Source of the DNA: Pirellula sp.
GTDB taxonomy: Bacteria > Planctomycetota > Planctomycetia > Pirellulales > Pirellulaceae
Assembly (NCBI GenBank): GCA_040396935.1
Contig: JBBAXA010000014.1
Span: forward strand, 3,314 to 67,313
Reading direction: 5' to 3'
DNA length: 64,000 nucleotides
Below are positions 40,638 to 49,646 of this stretch, piece by piece; the stretch's first letter is position 1, and every line of letters begins with the position of its first letter. Made by a program: the position numbers and the translations under genes. The notes beneath the pieces were generated by a model, which searched no databases, was not told the DNA's origin, and saw nothing but the letters and a program-made list of their open reading frames with translations.

Positions 40638-42137
40638 ATGCGAAAGTCAAAAGTTGTCATCATCGGTGCAGGGCCGGGCGGTCTGGCGGCCGCACTGCAA
40701 CTCGCGCATGCCGGAGCAGAGGTCACACTGCTGGAGGCACGCGATCAAGTAGGGGGACGCTGTTCCCTGCTGCGAGCCGAGGGATTCACTTTCGACCGCG
40801 GGCCGACCTTTTACCTTTATCCAAGAATCCTCAAGGAGATCTTCGAATCGGTCGGGCGGAACATCGATGATGAAATCCCGATGAAAAGACTAGATCCGCA
40901 GTACCGAATCGCCTTTGGGGAAGGGGGTAAATTGGACTGCACTCCTGACTTGGATGCGATGGAACGAGAGGTCGCCAAGCTGTCTCCCGAGGATTTAGGA
41001 GCCGTACGTCGCTACATCGATCACAATCGAGTCAAGCTGAGGAAGTTCCGCCCCATCTTGGAATCACCCTTCAACAGCATGCTCGATTTGCTCAGGCCAG
41101 CGTTGGCCGCCGCAGCCCCGTATGTGAAGCCTTGGAAGTCGCTCGGGCACGATCTCGAGACGTATTTCAAGGATCCTCGCCTGGTGATCGCGTTCTCGTT
41201 TCAAGCCAAGTATTTGGGGATGTCGCCATTTCGTTGCCCGAGTCTTTTTTCCATTCTGTCGTATCTCGAGTACGAATACGGAGTCTTCCATCCGTATGGG
41301 GGTTGTGGCCAGGTTAGCGAACGCATGGCAGAGGTCGCAACGGAACTCGGTTGTAACATCAGACTGAGCGAGCCCGTGACAAAACTGGAATTCTCAGGGC
41401 GACGAATCAAGGCAGTTCGCACCGACCAAGCTCGCTATGAGGTCGATGCGATTGTGATCAACGCAGACTTTGCCCATGCCATGCAAAGACTCGTTCCTCC
41501 GGAATTGCGGACGCGATGGTCGGATAAGAATCTCGAAAAGAAACGTTATTCCTGCTCCACTTACATGATGTATTTGGGTGTCGAAGGGGAGTACTCCGAC
41601 CAGATGCATCATACGATCCACATTTCCCGAGACTATCAAAAAAATCTGAGAGAGATCGAACAGGACCAAGTACTGCCGGAGGACCCATCGATCTACATTC
41701 AGAACCCCTGCATCACGGATCGATCCCTGGCTCCTGCAGGAAAGTCGGCGCTCTACGTGCTGGTCCCTGTTCCCCATCTCAACCCGAAGACCCCATGGGA
41801 TGCCCAGCAGCGGGCCCACTACCGGGACGTAACGCTGCGGCGGATGGAGGAGTTAGGATTCCCTGACATACGCAGGCGTATCGTCTACGAAAAGGTCGTT
41901 ACGCCAGCCGATTGGCGCGATGACTTTTATGTGTATCGAGGAGCGACATTCAATTTGGCCCACAACCTAGGACAAATGTTGCACCTGAGACCCCACAACA
42001 AATTCGAAGAGCTCGATGGGGTGTATCTGGTCGGAGGTGGGACGCATCCGGGTAGCGGTCTCCCTGTCATCTACGAATCCTCCAGGATCACTTGCAAACA
42101 ATTGATTCCCAACCTCAGGGAACTCGCAGGAGTTTAG
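40638..42137 (+). CDS. CrtI/CrtN-family phytoene or diapophytoene desaturase
   Basis: IIGAGPGGL Rossmann motif, GFTFDRGPT, YLGMSPF, YLVGGGTHPGSGLPVI; CrtI versus CrtN cannot be resolved by eye. Confidence 0.9.
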   Translation: MRKSKVVIIGAGPGGLAAALQLAHAGAEVTLLEARDQVGGRCSLLRAEGFTFDRGPTFYLYPRILKEIFESVGRNIDDEIPMKRLDPQYRIAFGEGGKLDCTPDLDAMEREVAKLSPEDLGAVRRYIDHNRVKLRKFRPILESPFNSMLDLLRPALAAAAPYVKPWKSLGHDLETYFKDPRLVIAFSFQAKYLGMSPFRCPSLFSILSYLEYEYGVFHPYGGCGQVSERMAEVATELGCNIRLSEPVTKLEFSGRRIKAVRTDQARYEVDAIVINADFAHAMQRLVPPELRTRWSDKNLEKKRYSCSTYMMYLGVEGEYSDQMHHTIHISRDYQKNLREIEQDQVLPEDPSIYIQNPCITDRSLAPAGKSALYVLVPVPHLNPKTPWDAQQRAHYRDVTLRRMEELGFPDIRRRIVYEKVVTPADWRDDFYVYRGATFNLAHNLGQMLHLRPHNKFEELDGVYLVGGGTHPGSGLPVIYESSRITCKQLIPNLRELAGV

Positions 42138-42422
42138 TTGAGTCCTGGAGAGTTTATGCATGTCGATGTATCCTCCGTTCTCATCTCGAATACTGGGTTT
42201 CTATAGCTCGCTCAAAATCCGATTGCGATCCCTCAGAGATCCGCCCCCTGTCAGTAGTCGCCAGGTTCGGTTTTTGGAGGGGATGATGGCCCCACCTCGA
42301 TGAAGGTGCGCCGCCGGATGGTTCGTCATGACTTCGCCGCATTGCCCCCTTCGTATTAGGAGCCTCGTTTCACTAAGCAAGGGCACGAGTGCAAAGAACC
42401 CATTTGGCTGCCAGAAAAGATA

Positions 42423-42884
42423 TTATGCGAAATACTGATCTCGGTAGGCGTCGTAAAATGCACTGATATCCAGCGGTAGTTTCTCGTTCTCGAGCGATTC
42501 GATCACCTTCATACCCGCGGAATGGATGTTCGGTGCAAATCGGCCAATGTCAACCACTTCGCAAACGAAGTGATAGTTTTGGAAAACCCCGCTGTGTTTG
42601 AGAATATGCGAGACCAGATATCGCTTTGCATCCGGGTACACAAGAAACAGCATTCGAAACCCCAGCGAACTAACATCTTTCGAAATACCGAAGGATGTTT
42701 CCTGTAAATCGAACTCGCCATCTCTCTCCGGAGTTAGTACCCAGGGGAGTACACGAAGGCAACGCTGATCGTCCCTCACCTCCATCGCTCTAAAATTCAA
42801 TTCCGTAGTGAGGTTGATAAGCCGACAAAGCTTGGCTTGGGCCTCTTGGACCTTTCTCGTTTTGAAGAGGTTTAGGATCTTCAT
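42423..42884 (-). CDS. Putative stand-alone PilZ-like c-di-GMP receptor
   Basis: RDDQR (RxxxR) followed by KDVSSLG (DxSxxG) and a beta-rich remainder; RBS GAGGT upstream of the ATG. Confidence 0.6.
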   Translation of the reverse strand: MKILNLFKTRKVQEAQAKLCRLINLTTELNFRAMEVRDDQRCLRVLPWVLTPERDGEFDLQETSFGISKDVSSLGFRMLFLVYPDAKRYLVSHILKHSGVFQNYHFVCEVVDIGRFAPNIHSAGMKVIESLENEKLPLDISAFYDAYRDQYFA

Positions 42885-43089
42885 GGTTACCTCACCGGTT
42901 CAGCTTCAAAGCTAGTGCCGAGTCTCCCCAATCACTTTGGGTTTCGGAAAGCAGTTTCTGTCAAGTCGGCGTGAGAAGTTGCTCGTTGCATCGTGAAGGT
43001 TGAACGAATGAACAAGCGAGGATTGTCGGAAGAAGAGTCGGAAATTCCTCCCACTCCTCCGATGTTTGGAATCCGTTCCGTCCACTTCC

Positions 43090-43653
43090 TCACCTCATGC
43101 TGTTGTATGGAGTAGTCGGTCGTCCCATGTTCTTGCAGGATAAGGGTTGTGGAGCGTCTCCGTGATAGATCCAAATCTGACCCGGCCCTGCCCCTTTCGC
43201 AGCGAGTAGTGCCTGTTCCGTTCGGTTCATCAACAGCTCGAACGAATCCGTGGGCTGGAAGAGTGCCACCCCGATACTCACGGTCAAGGGTAACGAATCG
43301 ACTTCCGATGGCCGCTCTACGTTCGCAACCTTACGACGCAGAATCTCGGTAAGGTAAACCGTTTCCTCATAGAGCAAGCCACGAATCAAAACCAAAAACT
43401 CCTCGCCCCCCATCCAAAAAATTTGTTCGTTCTGATTTAAACACTTGGAGATGGCTGTCGCGATCTGCTTCAAGAATAGATCTCCATGTTGGTAACCCAA
43501 CTTGGAATTGAACTTTGCGAATTGGTCCAAATCTAGCAATAACAAAGCCTGTACAAGGTTTGATGGCAATCTGACAGAGCGGCACCTCTCGCATTCCTGC
43601 TCGATCGCCTCCATGATTTTGACGAATGGCATCGGCGTGATGTCGTTTGTCAT
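43090..43653 (-). CDS. Stand-alone GGDEF-domain protein
   Basis: LLLDLDQF..FN..LG...GD, MGGEEF, LTVSIG, AKG.G; RBS GGAG upstream. Confidence 0.88.
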   Translation of the reverse strand: MTNDITPMPFVKIMEAIEQECERCRSVRLPSNLVQALLLLDLDQFAKFNSKLGYQHGDLFLKQIATAISKCLNQNEQIFWMGGEEFLVLIRGLLYEETVYLTEILRRKVANVERPSEVDSLPLTVSIGVALFQPTDSFELLMNRTEQALLAAKGAGPGQIWIYHGDAPQPLSCKNMGRPTTPYNSMR

Positions 43654-44114
43654 AGCTGACCGCTCCCAGTTCCTGCAGTAGATTCGCGCCCTTCGCGTTC
43701 CTTCGACATCGAGCCACCGTCGGATTTACCCTTTTTCGCACACTACCACTTGTAGGACTTGCCCCCCTTTAGCTTCCAAAGTTGTCGCACGCAGAGAATG
43801 TTTTTTTCGGAAAACGACCAAAAATCTAGCTAATTCCTCGGTCTCGCCACCGGTTTTCTGTGAGAGGCTTCGGTTTATACGATGCTCCTCGAGTTCCCGA
43901 GATGAAACCTGCACGTCAGGTTCGACCCGAGTCGAGACGAATAGTCTGCCTTGGATGCGCGGATTGATTCATGTCGAAGCGACTCGTTCAGTGAGCCCAT
44001 AGGAGGGGTGTGATTGGCGCCGATGCACGAGCAAGTGCTGGGAAATCAACCAGCTTTGATCGTGGGGCGGTTCCCATGGCGGATAAGATTAAGGTCGCAC
44101 GAGGAGGAAGCAAA

Positions 44115-44831
44115 ATGACAACCAATCCAGGGATGAATCGAGATCCCGCGGTTGAGCAGGCACTGGGCCGTCCGGAGGAAAATCTCCAGAGGGTCACCCG
44201 TTTTCCTGTAATTGCTGCCAGCGACGATGAAGAAGTCTCGCATGGGTTAAAGCGGATTCTTGGGGAGCTTCAATGCCTCGATATTCGTTTGATTAGTTCT
44301 GCAAAGCTCAACAAAGTCTCCGAAATCGATCCTGGTTTCACATCGTTGATCCTTCTGGATATTTCCGGCGACTCGATTTCTCTGGCGTCATCGAAACTCT
44401 CCTTTTTACAAGGGGTAAAGCAACATGCCCTGATTATCTTCCTGGGACGGAATCAGACCGCATCCACCGTTTCCATATGGTTTCGTCAAGGGATTTTCGA
44501 TTATCTCGACTGGCAAACCGATCAAGCGGTCGCGCGACTGGCTTTATCTCGAGCGATTCAGCGCGCTGAATATCAACGTCAGCTCGAAGTGGAATTTCAA
44601 TCGCTCCAACAGCAAAAAGTTTCGATCACGGAAGGGGAATCACAGGTTCTCGACTTGATCATGCAGGGGCTAACCAATCAATCGATTGCCCGCCGGCTCG
44701 GAATCAGTCTTCGCACGGTTGAAGCGCGACGTCAGAAAATACATAAAAAGATGCAAACGCCCCACCTTGTCGACCTGATTCGAACCGTCCAGCGTGTCGA
44801 ATGGCTTTCTGGTCTATTGGACGATCGATAG
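44115..44831 (+). CDS. LuxR/FixJ-type regulator with atypical receiver domain
   Basis: C-terminal HTH ITEGESQVLDLIMQGLTNQSIARRLGISLRTVEARR; REC-like N-terminus (SDDEEV, LILLDI, FDYL); RBS GAGGAGG upstream. Confidence 0.88.
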   Translation: MTTNPGMNRDPAVEQALGRPEENLQRVTRFPVIAASDDEEVSHGLKRILGELQCLDIRLISSAKLNKVSEIDPGFTSLILLDISGDSISLASSKLSFLQGVKQHALIIFLGRNQTASTVSIWFRQGIFDYLDWQTDQAVARLALSRAIQRAEYQRQLEVEFQSLQQQKVSITEGESQVLDLIMQGLTNQSIARRLGISLRTVEARRQKIHKKMQTPHLVDLIRTVQRVEWLSGLLDDR

Positions 44832-45154
44832 TCTCATTGATGACTGACATTTGCACAGACTCGATACGGGAACCTACGAAAATCTGTCGCTCGCTCTCGT
44901 CTCCCATTGCGGAAATATCGAACCAGCGAGTGGATCAAGGTACGTTTTTTCCATGAAACGGCACGGGGCAAAGATGGCTTGGTTTCCGACCTGAATACTA
45001 AAGTCGACGAGCTTTCAATACGCTACAATCTGAAGTGCAACGGATTCGCACAGCATCCTCTCTAACCGTGCTTTCCGGTCGTGACTTTAGATACTTCTCC
45101 TTACATAGGCCCAGAGTCAAAATCTTAGACGCAGTCTAATGTCCTCAATGGAGT

Positions 45155-45181
45155 TGTAAGGATTTTCGTTGGGTCGTCGTA
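45155..45181 (+). promoter_or_regulatory. Possible ECF-type (autoregulatory) promoter
   Basis: TGTAAG-N17-CGTA, 31 nt upstream of the ECF sigma ATG; resembles ECF -35/-10 pairs but is short and could be chance. Confidence 0.3.
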
Positions 45182-45212
45182 CGAAGTCTCTTTTTTGGAA
45201 TTCGGATATCTC

Positions 45213-45758
45213 ATGAGCGAATCCATTCCGACGGATGTGGTAACCACCACTGCCCAGGTGCAAAAGCTTTTCGTTCAGCATCAGCAAGACTTGATTTCTT
45301 ATATTCTTTCCATGGAGCCAAACCACTCGGATGCAACCGATATTCTTCAGGAAGTCTTTTTAGCGGTGAGCAAAAAGGCGGAATCTTGGAACGAAGGTAC
45401 AAGCTTTGTCGCCTGGGTCTCGGGATTTGCCAGAATTGAAGTCCTGAGGTTTCAACGCAGGCGAGGCAAACAATTACGACGACTCGAGCCCGAGGTCCTC
45501 GAGAAGGTGTTTGCGGACGTCGATGATTCCCAGGAGCAATTTAGAGAAAGACTAACTCTGCTCCAAAACTGTTTGGAGAAATTACCGCCACGTTCCCAGG
45601 AGTTAATCCGCTTTCGTTACCAGGAGGGATATCTGCCCGAGGCAATCGCTCCGCTGATGGGCTGGACAGTAAACGCTGTAAGGGTGGGACTGTCTCGAGC
45701 GAGGCAATCCCTTCGTGAATGTGTTGCACGAGGGGCTCAGCACGACAGAAAGAATTGA
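45213..45758 (+). CDS. ECF-family sigma-70 factor
   Basis: DILQEVFL, FVAWV.G.ARIEVL, LQNCLEKLP.R..ELIRFRY, VNAVRVGLSRARQSLREC. Confidence 0.93.
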   Translation: MSESIPTDVVTTTAQVQKLFVQHQQDLISYILSMEPNHSDATDILQEVFLAVSKKAESWNEGTSFVAWVSGFARIEVLRFQRRRGKQLRRLEPEVLEKVFADVDDSQEQFRERLTLLQNCLEKLPPRSQELIRFRYQEGYLPEAIAPLMGWTVNAVRVGLSRARQSLRECVARGAQHDRKN

Positions 45759-46380
45759 TCGTCGCGCTCCGGCGATTCGCTCTAGGAAACTCGGATAAGC
45801 CGCAATCCTAAAAAGTGCCGTAAGAGACGGACCTCTTAGGTGAGACGCATGCTCCGGCGTCCATTCGCCTTTAAATCCTGTGGCTTTTTGTACGGAGATC
45901 CGGTTCGATTGTCGGGGTGATACCGCATTCGATGGCATCGGTGATCCTTGCCATTCGATCTCACGCCGCGTTTCCAAGAGAATGGAGTTCCGTATCGAAA
46001 TAGCCCCGCAGATGGACCAGTGCGTTGAAAAATGGTAGGGATTCAGTGAAGAAACGATCTGAACAGCCTGCATGGTTTCTTCCGAAGTAGACGATGCAGT
46101 GATCCATGTCGCGGTAGCACCGATGAAACTACTCACTCCGTTCGACTCGTTGTACGCGCACGATGTTCATCTAAAAATCAACAAAGTTACGCATGCATCC
46201 CATGCGTCGCCCAGGGGCTAGGTTCGTGGAGCGAATGATTGGCTGCCTTTGTCAGGCGCAGGCGTTCCCCTTTTCTGGAACTCGTGTCGTTTCTGGGCTC
46301 TGAGCTCGCTTGCTTTTTCCGGTTACTTTGCAACACTAGCTCGCCCAGACTTTAGTTCGATGAAAAGGTATCCCATTCCT

Positions 46381-47505
46381 ATGAGTTCGCAGTTCCGTCA
46401 AACTCCATTGCACTCCTGGCATACCAGTCATGGGGCGAGGATGGCAGAATTTGCGGGTTATGAGATGCCCATCCAATACGAGGGGATTGTCGCCGAGCAT
46501 CATGCAACCCGAACGGCCGCGGGTTTATTCGACATTTCTCATATGGGACGTTTGCGTTTCGATGGTCCTCGAGCCGATCGACTGCTGGATCGCTTGCTCA
46601 CGCGCCGCGTCATCGACATGCAAACAGGCCAAGTCCGATATTCTTTGATCTGCAATGAAGATGGCGGAATACTCGACGACGTTCTGGTCAGTTGTCTCGA
46701 AAGCCCTAGCGGAAAGATCTACTTCCTGCTGGTCGTCAACGCGAGCAATCGGGAAAAAATTGTGAAGTGGATTCGGCCTCATTTATCGGACTTTCCCGAT
46801 GTTGAATTTCACGATGTAACCGAGTCCACAGCGATGATGGCTGTCCAAGGTCCGAATGCCATCGAGATTTGCAGGCCACTGCTTCCCTCCTCGGCTTTGA
46901 ATCTCGGGTATTACCGATGCAAAGTCACCGACCAGATGAGCAAGCCATGCATTGTTTCGAGAACCGGATATACGGGGGAAGATGGTTTTGAGCTCATCGT
47001 TCGGGCGGAGGATGCCCCGAGGGTTTGGGAGAACTTGATGCTGTCAGGTCGAAACTTGGGAATCAAACCTGTCGGGCTCGGAGCGCGCGATACGCTTCGC
47101 CTGGAAGCTGGAATGCCGCTGTATGGGCATGAGCTCGACGAATCGATCCATCCCTTTCAAGCAGACCTGGGTTTCGCTTGCAATTTAAAGGATCGTCAGT
47201 TTATCGGTCATGAACAAATCGCTCGCTACGCCCGCGAACGCATGGGCTTAAAACGTGTGGGCCTCCGACTGGAGGGGAAACGTGCCGCGCGGCAAGGGGC
47301 GTCGGTAATCGATCATGATTCGAGGGTGATCGGTGCCGTCACCAGCGGCAGCTTTTCGCCAACACTCAGCTGCCCCATCGCGATGGCCTATGTGGAGCCC
47401 GCGATGGCGACCATCGGTTCGAATGTCGAGGTTGACATCCGAGGTTCACGAATTTCTGCATCCTTGGTTTCCTTACCCTTTTACAAACGAGCAATCACTC
47501 CATGA
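46381..47505 (+). CDS. gcvT: Glycine cleavage system T protein (aminomethyltransferase)
   Basis: QTPLH, FAGYEMPIQY, LFDISHMG, SRTGYTGEDGFE, GLGARDTLRLEAGMPLYG. Confidence 0.97.
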   Translation: MSSQFRQTPLHSWHTSHGARMAEFAGYEMPIQYEGIVAEHHATRTAAGLFDISHMGRLRFDGPRADRLLDRLLTRRVIDMQTGQVRYSLICNEDGGILDDVLVSCLESPSGKIYFLLVVNASNREKIVKWIRPHLSDFPDVEFHDVTESTAMMAVQGPNAIEICRPLLPSSALNLGYYRCKVTDQMSKPCIVSRTGYTGEDGFELIVRAEDAPRVWENLMLSGRNLGIKPVGLGARDTLRLEAGMPLYGHELDESIHPFQADLGFACNLKDRQFIGHEQIARYARERMGLKRVGLRLEGKRAARQGASVIDHDSRVIGAVTSGSFSPTLSCPIAMAYVEPAMATIGSNVEVDIRGSRISASLVSLPFYKRAITP

Positions 47506-47888
47506 GCATTACTCCCGATCAACTCAAGTTCTGCGAAACGCATGAGTGGGCTTATTCGAACGATGGAATCGCAACCGTCGGCATCTCTGCCTTCGCCGTT
47601 GCAGAGCTAACCGATCTGGTTTTTATGGCCCTTCCTCAAGTAGCGCAGCAAGTACAGAAAGGTCAGGAATTTGGGGAGGTTGAAAGCGTCAAGGCGGTCA
47701 GCCCCATGTACAGCCCCGTCTCGGGCGAAGTCGTGGAAGTGAACGGACCGTTGGTCAATCAGCTTGAGATTTTGAACACGGATCCCTACAACGCAGGATG
47801 GATCATGAAGGTCCGTATGAGCCACCCGGAGGAGCTCGCCCAACTCCTCGATTGGACGGCCTACCAAGCCCAATGCGGCAACAGTTAA
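47502..47888 (+). CDS. gcvH: Glycine cleavage system H protein
   Basis: THEW, VGISAFA, EVESVKAVS (lipoyl-Lys), DPYNAGWI; ATGA overlap with gcvT. Confidence 0.97.
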   Translation: MSITPDQLKFCETHEWAYSNDGIATVGISAFAVAELTDLVFMALPQVAQQVQKGQEFGEVESVKAVSPMYSPVSGEVVEVNGPLVNQLEILNTDPYNAGWIMKVRMSHPEELAQLLDWTAYQAQCGNS

Positions 47889-47901
47889 GAATGGCTCCCC
47901 G

Positions 47902-48711
47902 ATGACACCACTGCGCGGCTTGGTTCGCATCGACCCGCCTGCCTCGGGCCCTGCCAACATGGCGATCGACGAGGCCCTTTTGACGGAACTCACTCCGGAT
48001 TCGCCGATCATGCTCCGGATCTACCGATGGATTTCTCCCACTCTTTCTTTGGGACATTTCCAAAACCTGGATCAGGCTAAGGCTGCCCATCCAGAATCCT
48101 CCTGGGTACGACTCCCATCGGTCGTGCGTAAAACGGGGGGCGGCGCGATCGTCCACGATCTGGAATTAACCTACTGTTTGGCAATTCCGAATTTCCCTGC
48201 TTTGAGTCTTAAGGGACATTCCGAAGCTATCTACCGGGTTGTCCACGGCGCCCTGGTGAGTCGGCTGAGCGACCTCGGATGGAAAGCCTCGTTCTCCGAG
48301 GACTGCACTTGCAAAATTCAATCGAACGGAGGGACGGAGCCTTTTCTTTGCTTCTTGCGTCGATCACCCGTGGATGTTCTGGTCGAAAGCCATAAGATAA
48401 TGGGGAGTGCCCAGCGTCGATCCAATCAGGGGCTCTTGCAGCACGGTAGCCTGCTATTGAAGCATTCCAGCGAAACCCCCGAACTGCTCGGATTACTGGA
48501 TTTGGTCGATTCGATGAGTTTGCCCCCTACCCTATCGGAGGCAACAAATCGCGTGTGGTTAGCCGACGGTGCCCTCGAGTTCGGGAAAGCCGACGACCCA
48601 GGCCATCGAGACTTGAAGTTTTGGCATTTTTGGGAACGTTGGCTCGTAAACACCATTCAAATGGGGTTGGAGTCGGTCCTAAAGTGCGACTGGGAAGAAT
48701 CAAAAACGTAG
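47902..48711 (+). CDS. LipM-like octanoyltransferase / lipoate-protein ligase family
   Basis: NMAIDEALL, RIYRW..PTLSLG, RKTGGGAIVHD, FLCF, KIMGSAQRR, LLQHGS; adjacent to gcvH. Confidence 0.85.
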   Translation: MTPLRGLVRIDPPASGPANMAIDEALLTELTPDSPIMLRIYRWISPTLSLGHFQNLDQAKAAHPESSWVRLPSVVRKTGGGAIVHDLELTYCLAIPNFPALSLKGHSEAIYRVVHGALVSRLSDLGWKASFSEDCTCKIQSNGGTEPFLCFLRRSPVDVLVESHKIMGSAQRRSNQGLLQHGSLLLKHSSETPELLGLLDLVDSMSLPPTLSEATNRVWLADGALEFGKADDPGHRDLKFWHFWERWLVNTIQMGLESVLKCDWEESKT

Positions 48712-48816
48712 GGGAATTTATTCCCCAAAAACAATTCGATAGTCGATTTTGTCGACGACATAGTTTAAGTTGTAGTGTTGCGATCTCGCGTGGATACGGG
48801 AGGAAGAGGAAAAGCA

Positions 48817-49527
48817 ATGCAGGTGATTCTGAAAGTCCTAGGCGGCACCCACGAGGGCAAGGAAATACGAATCAAGGACGAAAAGTTTTTGATCGGGAGA
48901 AGCGACTCCTGTCAGCTTCGGCCCAAAAGTGAATCCATTAGCCGAAAGCACTGCGCGATCGTCCAAAAAGATGGACGCGTTCTACTCGTGGATCTGAAGA
49001 GTAGGAATGGGACTTTTGTCAACGAAAAACAATTGTCACCTGAGAAAGCAAAGATACTCAAATCGGGTGACAAAATCCGTTGCGGTCAGCTGGAATTCGA
49101 GCTGGTGATCGAGGTCGGGATTGCAAATTCCAAGCAGTCGGAGGTCGCTAACGTCAAGCAAGCTGCGGAACGAATGACCGAGCCGAGCGGCTTCGATTCC
49201 AAAGAGACTTTCGACATAAGTTCGTGGTTAGCAGAAGCTGACCAAATCGACCGTAAAGAGTCGAAACCCGTGGAACTAGAAACGCGTCAGTTCTCGATGG
49301 AGGATACGACTCGACTCGATGCCACCGTCGAATCCGCCCCCGAATCCCCCGAGACTGCTCCTGTTGTAGAAGCTGATGCAAAGGCTGCCGAAGAGGCCGA
49401 CGGAAAATCCAAGCGGCCCGATAAAAAAGGACCGATCAAGCTTCCGAAGCAAAACGCAGGTCCCACCACGAAGAATACAAAAGACGCAGCCTCGGAGACG
49501 CTCAAACGATACTTCGGTGGTCGATAA
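48817..49527 (+). CDS. FHA-domain protein with disordered acidic/basic tail
   Basis: IGRS, SISRKHC, DLKSRNGTFVN; start trimmed to MQVILKV. Confidence 0.92.
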   Translation: MQVILKVLGGTHEGKEIRIKDEKFLIGRSDSCQLRPKSESISRKHCAIVQKDGRVLLVDLKSRNGTFVNEKQLSPEKAKILKSGDKIRCGQLEFELVIEVGIANSKQSEVANVKQAAERMTEPSGFDSKETFDISSWLAEADQIDRKESKPVELETRQFSMEDTTRLDATVESAPESPETAPVVEADAKAAEEADGKSKRPDKKGPIKLPKQNAGPTTKNTKDAASETLKRYFGGR

Positions 49528-49646
49528 CCATTTCAGTGCACTATCATCAATGTCGTGCACTATCATAAATGCAGTGCACTATGATCGCTTCAGTGCACTA
49601 TGATCAATGTAGTGCACTATCATCACTTCGGCGGTCGCTAGGATTC
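49514..49646. repeat. 19-bp tandem repeat array (5 core units plus 2 degenerate flanking units)
   Basis: GTGCACTAT starts at 49536, 49555, 49574, 49593 and 49612 (exact period 19); consensus ~TCAGTGCACTAT(C/G)ATCAAT. Confidence 0.95.

Noticed and set aside
44941-45110. Possible c-di-GMP-I (GEMM) riboswitch near the GGDEF module
   Set aside because: It has GGGCAAAG but lacks the GCAAACC/GNRA P2 and P3 architecture; not supportable by eye.
46137-46380. Glycine riboswitch expected upstream of gcvT
   Set aside because: No GGAGA...GAAGG...CUCUCAGG aptamer pattern was found.
49533-49627. Possible CRISPR array
   Set aside because: Units are contiguous 19-mers with no unique spacers, and there are no cas genes in the window.
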